Source of the DNA: an uncultured archaeon
GTDB lineage: Archaea > Iainarchaeota > Iainarchaeia > Iainarchaeales > CSSED10-239
Direction: 5' to 3'
Assembly (NCBI GenBank): GCA_964591795.1
Contig: CAZQEL010000026.1
Location: 1 to 8,892, forward strand
DNA: 8,892 nucleotides
Shown: one piece after another, positions 1-5,458 of the stretch
Numbering within the stretch: position 1 is the first letter of the stretch
Layout of the letters: each line of letters opens with the position of its first letter
Notes under the pieces: generated by a model
What the model saw: only the letters and a program-made list of their open reading frames with translations
Told to the model about the DNA's origin: nothing
Database searches by the model: none
Program-made: the position numbers and the translations under genes

Positions 1-507
1 CTATAAATTATAATTGTTAATTAGTTTTCTTCCTATCCTGACTGATGGATGAACGATAATATTTTTAAAAAATGAAACGGCTTTTATTTTTTCAAAATTG
101 GAGTATGTCTTAATATGTTTTTTGTTCTTATCACCAATAATTTTAGCCCATGTCCCAACAGCTCCTATTTCAGGATGTTTGTCCATAAATTTGACTTGAA
201 TTCCTAATCTTTTTGGTAAACTAATATCATCAGCGTCCATTCGAGCGATATATTCACTTTGGGAAATAGATATTCCTTTGTTTAAAGATTTTGTTAATCC
301 TAAATTTTCTTTGTTTTCGATCAATTTAATTCGATGATCATTAAAAGAATTAATTATATTTTTACTATTATCTGTTGAAGCATCGTTAATAATCAAAAAT
401 TCAAAATTGGTGAAGGTTTGATTAAGAATACTTTCAAGTGCTTCTTTTAGGTATTTTTCACCGTTGTATACTGGCATTAAAATTGTCACCTTTGAGTTTA
501 TTTTCAT
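1..507 (-). CDS. Family 2 glycosyltransferase (GT-A fold), only 168 aa; apparently C-terminally truncated and possibly a pseudogene or split gene
   Basis: The N-terminus VTILMPVYNGEKYLKEALESILNQTFTNFEFLIINDASTDNS is the classic GT2 nucleotide-binding signature. ARMDADD supplies the DxD motif, and HPSVRIGRK matches the usual HPSVMIRK-type acceptor-loop region. The frame ends LINNYNL-TAG with the stop at nt 1-3, about where typical 250-330 aa GT2 enzymes continue. ATG is at 505-507. Confidence 0.8.
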   Translation of the reverse strand: MKINSKVTILMPVYNGEKYLKEALESILNQTFTNFEFLIINDASTDNSKNIINSFNDHRIKLIENKENLGLTKSLNKGISISQSEYIARMDADDISLPKRLGIQVKFMDKHPEIGAVGTWAKIIGDKNKKHIKTYSNFEKIKAVSFFKNIIVHPSVRIGRKLINNYNL

Positions 508-609
508 AATATACTTGATATATATAATTATATTAGCATGTATTTAGTTTTGATGTTTATTACATCTGATATATACTGTTTAAATGTTTCATGATTAATT
601 CTTATATTT
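508..609. promoter_or_regulatory. Divergent intergenic region between the GT2 gene and the MBOAT gene; candidate bidirectional promoter
   Basis: This is the only non-coding stretch over 25 bp in the window. It holds a 10-bp palindrome TATAATTATA (523-532) that reads TATAAT on both strands, a TAGTTTTG (545-552) matching the Bacteroidetes-type TAnnTTTG -7 box, and a 9-mer TGATATATA repeated at 516-524 and 567-575. No experimental support; the AT-rich background makes such matches easy to find. Confidence 0.35.
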
Positions 610-2061
610 ATGTTATTTAACTCTATACATTTTTTATTATTTTTTCCCCTAATAGTAGTTATATATTTTAGTCTTCCACATAAATTTAGGTGGGTGGTTC
701 TTCTAATTAGTAGTTATTATTTTTATATGAGTTGGAAGTTAGAGTATATATTAATTATAATATTTTCTACTTTAGTTAATTATGTATTAGGTTTACAAAT
801 ATATAAATCAAAAAATAATAGTTATCGTAAAAAGTTATTGTATTTAGGGATCTTTGCAAACGTTGGGCTATTGTTTGTATTTAAATATTTTAATTTCTTT
901 AATGAATCAGTTCGAGAACTGTTAGAATTGTTTAGTCTTCCCTTAAACCCTTTAACTTTGAAAATTTTGTTGCCGATCGGAATATCTTTTTACACATTTC
1001 AAGCACTGGGTTATATAATTGATGTTTATCGTAGAAAAATTGTACCAGAAAAACATTTAGGTATTTTTGCTGTTTACATATCTTATTTTCCTCAACTTGT
1101 TGCTGGTCCAATCGAAAGGGCCAAGAACCTTATCCCGCAGTTTTATGAAAAGCACTATTTTGATTATCAAAGAATAACTGATGGTCTTAAATTAATGCTG
1201 TGGGGTTTTTTTAAGAAAGTTGTAATTGCTGACAGGCTAGCTGTGACCGTTGATGCTGTTTATAATAATGTAGGGGATTATACTGGTTTAGCTCTTATTA
1301 TTGCAACTATATTTTTTGCTTTTCAAATATATTGTGATTTTTCTGGATACTCTGATATTGCAATTGGAGCCTCTCAGGTTATGGGAATTAGGCTAATGAA
1401 TAACTTTAAAAGACCTTATTTTTCACAATCAATGTCTGAATTTTGGAAAAGATGGCATATTTCTCTTTCATCGTGGTTTAGGGATTATATATATATTCCC
1501 CTTGGGGGGAACAGAGTTTCAGTTTCACGATTGTTTTTTAATTTATTAATTGTGTTTTTGATATGTGGTTTGTGGCATGGTGCTGAATGGACTTTTGTTA
1601 TTTGGGGCTTTCTTCATGGGTTTTATCTGATTTTTGGTATTTTTACTAAAAAAGTTAGACATAACTTTGTTAGAAAAATTAGGTTAAATAGATTTCCCAA
1701 ATTGTATAAAATAATAAAAATTGTGTTAGTTTTTATATTGACTGATATAGCGTGGGTGTTCTTTAGGGCAAATTCGCTATCAGATGCTTTTTATGTTTTA
1801 ATCAATATGTTTCGTGATATTTCTTTTAATATTCCCATTGTGTTTAATACTCATTTAACATGGTTGGGATTGGTTTATTGCCTTGGTATTATTGGTTTTA
1901 TGGAAGTTATTCATTTAATTCAAACACGGGTTCAGATAAGGTTCTTTCTTTCAACAAAACCCATTGTTCTTAGATGGTCTATTTATTTTATTGTGATTAT
2001 CGTGATTTTATTGTTTGGAATGTTCGATAAGAGTACAGAATTTATTTATTTTCAATTTTAA
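610..2061 (+). CDS. MBOAT-family membrane-bound O-acyltransferase (AlgI/DltB/PatA-like), probable polysaccharide O-acetyltransferase
   Basis: 483 aa and polytopic-hydrophobic throughout. It has the typical MLFNS...FLLFFP N-terminus, YFPQLVAGPIER, the hallmark FWKRWHISLSSWFRDYIYIPLGGNR block (~1441-1515) with the catalytic His, and a second conserved GLWHGAEWTFVIWGFLHG block. Confidence 0.93.
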   Translation: MLFNSIHFLLFFPLIVVIYFSLPHKFRWVVLLISSYYFYMSWKLEYILIIIFSTLVNYVLGLQIYKSKNNSYRKKLLYLGIFANVGLLFVFKYFNFFNESVRELLELFSLPLNPLTLKILLPIGISFYTFQALGYIIDVYRRKIVPEKHLGIFAVYISYFPQLVAGPIERAKNLIPQFYEKHYFDYQRITDGLKLMLWGFFKKVVIADRLAVTVDAVYNNVGDYTGLALIIATIFFAFQIYCDFSGYSDIAIGASQVMGIRLMNNFKRPYFSQSMSEFWKRWHISLSSWFRDYIYIPLGGNRVSVSRLFFNLLIVFLICGLWHGAEWTFVIWGFLHGFYLIFGIFTKKVRHNFVRKIRLNRFPKLYKIIKIVLVFILTDIAWVFFRANSLSDAFYVLINMFRDISFNIPIVFNTHLTWLGLVYCLGIIGFMEVIHLIQTRVQIRFFLSTKPIVLRWSIYFIVIIVILLFGMFDKSTEFIYFQF

Positions 2062-2064
2062 ATT

Positions 2065-3060
2065 ATGAAAAATAACAAGATAAAGTTTATTAAACAAAGT
2101 ATTTTATTTATCTGTATTTTAAGTGTTTTTATTTTTGGGTTAAATTTTATATGGTTAGAATCAATACAAAAAAGCAAGAACATCTTTAGAGGGGAAGAAA
2201 TTTATATCAACTACATTAAAACCCTTGGAGATAAAAAAATAGATTTAGCTTTTTTTGGTGATTCTCATACACAGGATGCGGTTAATCCTGATTACATTAA
2301 AAACTCCTTTAATTTTGGTTTCCCAAGCGAGAATTTTGTTGAAATTTATTATAAGTTAAAGAGAATTATAGAAGAAGATGATATTTTGATAAAAAGTATT
2401 GTTTTAGAAATTGATTGGCATATATTTTCTGATAAAAGAGCTCAGGAACATGGTCTTTTTAAAGAGATTCCATTTTATTTAAGGTTTGTTTCGTTGTTTG
2501 ATATGGCGGAATTGAAACAGAAATCTTTATTTAACATTTTTATTCAGGGATATTTTCCATTTTTAGGAAATGGAGAAAAAATGGTTAGATATTTTTTACA
2601 GGATCGTTCTAACTTAACACCTATTTATCTTGGATGGGCTGAAAAAATAGGGGATTTCTCTTTATATAAGAATAAGAAAAAAGTTGCTCTTGAAAGAGTA
2701 AACTATTTTTTTGATGATGGTATTGCTAAAATAAACGAGCAGGTTTTTGATTATTTCCTAAAATCAATTCAACTAGCAAAAGAAAATGGAATTAATGTTG
2801 TAGTTATAAAATATCCACTTTCAAAAGAATATGATGATGCTATATCAAATATTGGGATTAAGGATATAGAAAAAGATTACTATTCAAAAATATTTAATGG
2901 TATAGAATCAAAGTTAGGTAAAGATTATAGTTTACTGGATTATTACGATGTATTTTTTGATCATTCTGAATATTTTTCGAATTCTGATCACTTGAATAAG
3001 ATAGGTGCAAGTAAATTATCAAATATGATTTCTGAAGCTTTAGTATTACTAGATTTATAA
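2065..3060 (+). CDS. Membrane-anchored partner of the MBOAT; SGNH/DltD/AlgJ-like acyl-transfer protein (family not confidently assigned)
   Basis: The ATG lies 3 nt after the MBOAT stop. There is a single N-terminal hydrophobic helix (SILFICILSVFIFGLNFIWL, ~2095-2157). A FFGDSHTQ motif (GDSH at 2257-2268) resembles SGNH block I, and the C-terminal NSDHLNKIGA (DH at 2986-2991) resembles the Asp/His block of DltD/AlgJ-type proteins. The gene order MBOAT then periplasmic partner is conserved in AlgI-AlgJ, PatA-PatB and DltB-DltD. Confidence 0.6.
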   Translation: MKNNKIKFIKQSILFICILSVFIFGLNFIWLESIQKSKNIFRGEEIYINYIKTLGDKKIDLAFFGDSHTQDAVNPDYIKNSFNFGFPSENFVEIYYKLKRIIEEDDILIKSIVLEIDWHIFSDKRAQEHGLFKEIPFYLRFVSLFDMAELKQKSLFNIFIQGYFPFLGNGEKMVRYFLQDRSNLTPIYLGWAEKIGDFSLYKNKKKVALERVNYFFDDGIAKINEQVFDYFLKSIQLAKENGINVVVIKYPLSKEYDDAISNIGIKDIEKDYYSKIFNGIESKLGKDYSLLDYYDVFFDHSEYFSNSDHLNKIGASKLSNMISEALVLLDL

Positions 3061-3070
3061 GACAAAAGTT

Positions 3071-3919
3071 TTATATTCTTAACCAGCAGTTAGGTAGAAG
3101 GTCAATTGTATCTTTATTGGGTTTAATAAACCATTTTTGAGGGGAGATGATTATTTTATTCGTGTTTTGATTTAACCAAGCTGCCCACCAACTAAAAGTA
3201 CTGTTGGCGATAATGTTATGTTTACATTTACTCATTAGAATTAGTTCTTCATAATCTTTTGTATTTTCTATAAAAGTAATAGGAAATTTAATTATTAAAT
3301 TTTTTTTACACCATTTTAGATCATCAGAAAAGATAAAAAAATGAGGATTAGAAATTTTCTCAGATATTTTTTTTATAGCTTTGTTGTAGTAACCTAAAGA
3401 ACAAGAGTGGTAAACATCTTTTTTTGTTTCTATATAATCAGTCCTCCTTACGTGTAGTGAAATAGAATTATTATTGATTATTTGTTTTTTAATATTGTTA
3501 TTCAGTTTAATTTTTAAAGTGAATTCTTCTCGAATTATATTTTCAATCTCTTTAAAATATTTTTCGTTTTGCCAATGTCCATCTAAGTAGTTATTTTTTA
3601 GATTTCTTTTTTTGTTCTTTTTTGTTTTAAATTTAGATTCTTCAATGTAAATTGAATTATCAGCAAAAAATAAGTTATGAAAAAAATATTTTTTATTATT
3701 TTTAAATTCGTATTTTTTAATTTTTTTTATTTCTTCATCTGTTGCAATATTTTCAACAATATTAAAATTTCCTAAGGAGTAATTTCTAACTTCATTTTTT
3801 TGACGATAGGATGATAAATCAAGTTTTAATATAGTATTGTCCTTATAGGCCAAATTTCTTCCCATTGCGTACTGAAACATTTGATTCCCTAATCCTCCTT
3901 GTAATTTTGTTATAATCAT
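3071..3919 (-). CDS. GT11 alpha-1,2-fucosyltransferase
   Basis: All three GT11 signature blocks are present: MIITKLQGGLGNQMFQYA at the N-terminus, SLHVRRTDY (~3434-3454) and ANSTFSWWAAWLN. I place the start at the ATG at 3917-3919 (MIITKL...), which forms an ATGA overlap with the upstream stop. The ORF track's longer start at 3952 would add 11 non-conserved residues and a 37-nt overlap. Confidence 0.9.
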   Translation of the reverse strand: MIITKLQGGLGNQMFQYAMGRNLAYKDNTILKLDLSSYRQKNEVRNYSLGNFNIVENIATDEEIKKIKKYEFKNNKKYFFHNLFFADNSIYIEESKFKTKKNKKRNLKNNYLDGHWQNEKYFKEIENIIREEFTLKIKLNNNIKKQIINNNSISLHVRRTDYIETKKDVYHSCSLGYYNKAIKKISEKISNPHFFIFSDDLKWCKKNLIIKFPITFIENTKDYEELILMSKCKHNIIANSTFSWWAAWLNQNTNKIIISPQKWFIKPNKDTIDLLPNCWLRI

Positions 3920-4647
3920 TTTTTTGTAGCTAATATGTGCAATCCGAAACAAAGTAACTCTTCAGATTTTTTATTTTCTCTTGATAATTTATTTAACAAT
4001 CTTAAAATAATTTTAAAACCTATCTTATTAAAAAGTTTTTTTGATATATCCAGTTTGGTGTACTGTTTCTCTATTTTCGGAATTCGTCTAATTTCCTGAG
4101 CTAAATATTCGAAAAAGTTTCCGTTAAATTCAATTTTATTGATTTCAAAACTATTTTCTTTGAGTACTTTTTCATACCAATATTTACTGTATCCATTAGC
4201 AAAATAATAAGGGGCATAATGTGTTAAGGAACAGAAAGGGGCTGTTATGATTAATTTTCCTGTTGGTTTCAATATTCTAGAAAACTCTTTTATAGCATCT
4301 ATCGGTTTTGGGAGGTGTTCTAATACCTCAACACACATGATTGCATCATACTCTTCATTTTTCACAGGAATATCAGTGATATCTGAAATTATATCTATTT
4401 CAGTGGAGTCTCTTTTTTTGGTTTGAAGACCTTCACTGTTTCCTTTTCCGTCATATTGTCCAAAGTCTTGACTAGTATAATTAAGATGATTACAAAATTT
4501 TTTATATTGTAATTCTCCAGCCCCTGCATCTAAAATTTTGTAGTTTTTTGTGATTTGCCGAAGTGTTTTTTCTAACCATGATTCTCTAGTTTTTTTATTT
4601 TTTTTGCCGACGTCGCTGTCTATATTTTTTTTTATTTTTTTAAACAT
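3916..4647 (-). CDS. Class I SAM-dependent methyltransferase (Methyltransf_11/23-like)
   Basis: Motif I is KILDAGAGELQ (~4513-4536). The post-I/II region is YDAIMCVEVLEHLPKP, followed by LKPTGKLIITAP. Size (243 aa) and motif order fit small-molecule or sugar methyltransferases. Confidence 0.87.
   Translation of the reverse strand: MFKKIKKNIDSDVGKKNKKTRESWLEKTLRQITKNYKILDAGAGELQYKKFCNHLNYTSQDFGQYDGKGNSEGLQTKKRDSTEIDIISDITDIPVKNEEYDAIMCVEVLEHLPKPIDAIKEFSRILKPTGKLIITAPFCSLTHYAPYYFANGYSKYWYEKVLKENSFEINKIEFNGNFFEYLAQEIRRIPKIEKQYTKLDISKKLFNKIGFKIILRLLNKLSRENKKSEELLCFGLHILATKK
4625..4641. repeat. Homopolymer pair T9-A-T7 (A7-T-A9 on the coding strand) at codons 3-8 of the stand-alone methyltransferase
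   Basis: Counted directly: T run 4625-4633 (9), A at 4634, T run 4635-4641 (7). The coding strand reads ATG TTT AAA AAA ATA AAA AAA AAT = MFKKIKKN. Confidence 0.95.
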
Positions 4648-4669
4648 AATTTAAATTTAAAATTGTTTT

Positions 4670-5446
4670 TTAATCGATATCTTGATGTATTTTAAAACCA
4701 TAATATTTGCTAAAAATCGTGTTTACTATTTTAAATTTGTGGGCTAACACAGATAGAGTGGCTTGATCTTGTCTGTGATTATTTCTGTTACTTCCTTCGG
4801 GTGCAATACATTTTTTTTCTAGAGCGCATTTTTCCCATTTATATACAACATTCCTAACATTATTATTTTTGTAATTTATTGCAATGCAAGCACCATTTAA
4901 ATTTTGTTTGGAAAGTAATTTTTTAGAGATACCAATAAACTTAAGTGTTTTCGGATGAGTCCATTCAGATATCCTTCCACTAGAGTAGGGAGAATAAAAA
5001 CCAACAAGGTTCATTATTTTTTTTATAATACTTAAAGGCGATGTAATCACGTTTCCTGCATCCATCCAACAAACACTACATCTATACTCGTTTAATATCT
5101 CTATAATTATAACAGGTTTCCATGCATATTCTCCCGCATTTATATTTACGTTAAAATATTCTGGATATTTTGAATAATTGAATGACCTTATCTCTATTTC
5201 CTTAAATCTATTTTTAAGTTTATTTCTTTCTAAGAGAGTCATTCCCAAATCAAAAACAATTGTTTTTGTAAATGGTTCATGTAAATGAATACTAGATAAT
5301 AATTGCTTAAGACTTTTATAGTGAGAACTATCTGTTCCTGTTACTATTATAAATTCTTTATTGTGTATTCTTTTAGTAAAAATAAGCGAACTTAATCTTA
5401 GAGAGTGTCTAAATTTATTAATGTTTTTTTTAAAAATATTATCCAT
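4670..5446 (-). CDS. Uncharacterised 258-aa protein; possible nucleotide-sugar-transferase-like enzyme (tentatively DUF1647-like)
   Basis: The long ORF sits in operon context, 12 nt after the upstream gene and 22 nt before the next. No TM segment is obvious. It shows a Rossmann-like start FIIVTGTDSSHYKSLKQLLSSI, then GEYAWKPVII, CWMDAGNV and NHRQDQATLSVL, which I recall from DUF1647-type putative glycosyltransferases. The family call is from memory only. Confidence 0.45.
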   Translation of the reverse strand: MDNIFKKNINKFRHSLRLSSLIFTKRIHNKEFIIVTGTDSSHYKSLKQLLSSIHLHEPFTKTIVFDLGMTLLERNKLKNRFKEIEIRSFNYSKYPEYFNVNINAGEYAWKPVIIIEILNEYRCSVCWMDAGNVITSPLSIIKKIMNLVGFYSPYSSGRISEWTHPKTLKFIGISKKLLSKQNLNGACIAINYKNNNVRNVVYKWEKCALEKKCIAPEGSNRNNHRQDQATLSVLAHKFKIVNTIFSKYYGFKIHQDID

Positions 5447-5458
5447 TATTATGGTAGT

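Noticed and set aside
3040-3090. Rho-independent terminator between the convergent gene sets
   Set aside because: The only self-complementarity found is a 5-bp A/T-only stem (TATAA...TTATA) with a long loop. That is far too weak to call a terminator.
3920-3952. Longer start for the GT11 ORF (MFRIAHISYKK extension), implying a 37-nt overlap with the methyltransferase
   Set aside because: GT11 enzymes normally begin right at the M-I-I-x-x-L-x-GGLGNQ block. The internal ATG at 3917-3919 gives exactly that and forms a canonical ATGA overlap. The extension is therefore probably just open frame.
4608-4615. GC-rich 8-bp palindrome CGACGTCG in an otherwise AT-rich gene, as a possible regulatory or restriction-modification site
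   Set aside because: It lies inside the methyltransferase coding sequence (..DSDVGKK..). A rough estimate says one such GC-rich 8-bp palindrome per ~9 kb is not surprising by chance. There is no second copy or partner half-site.
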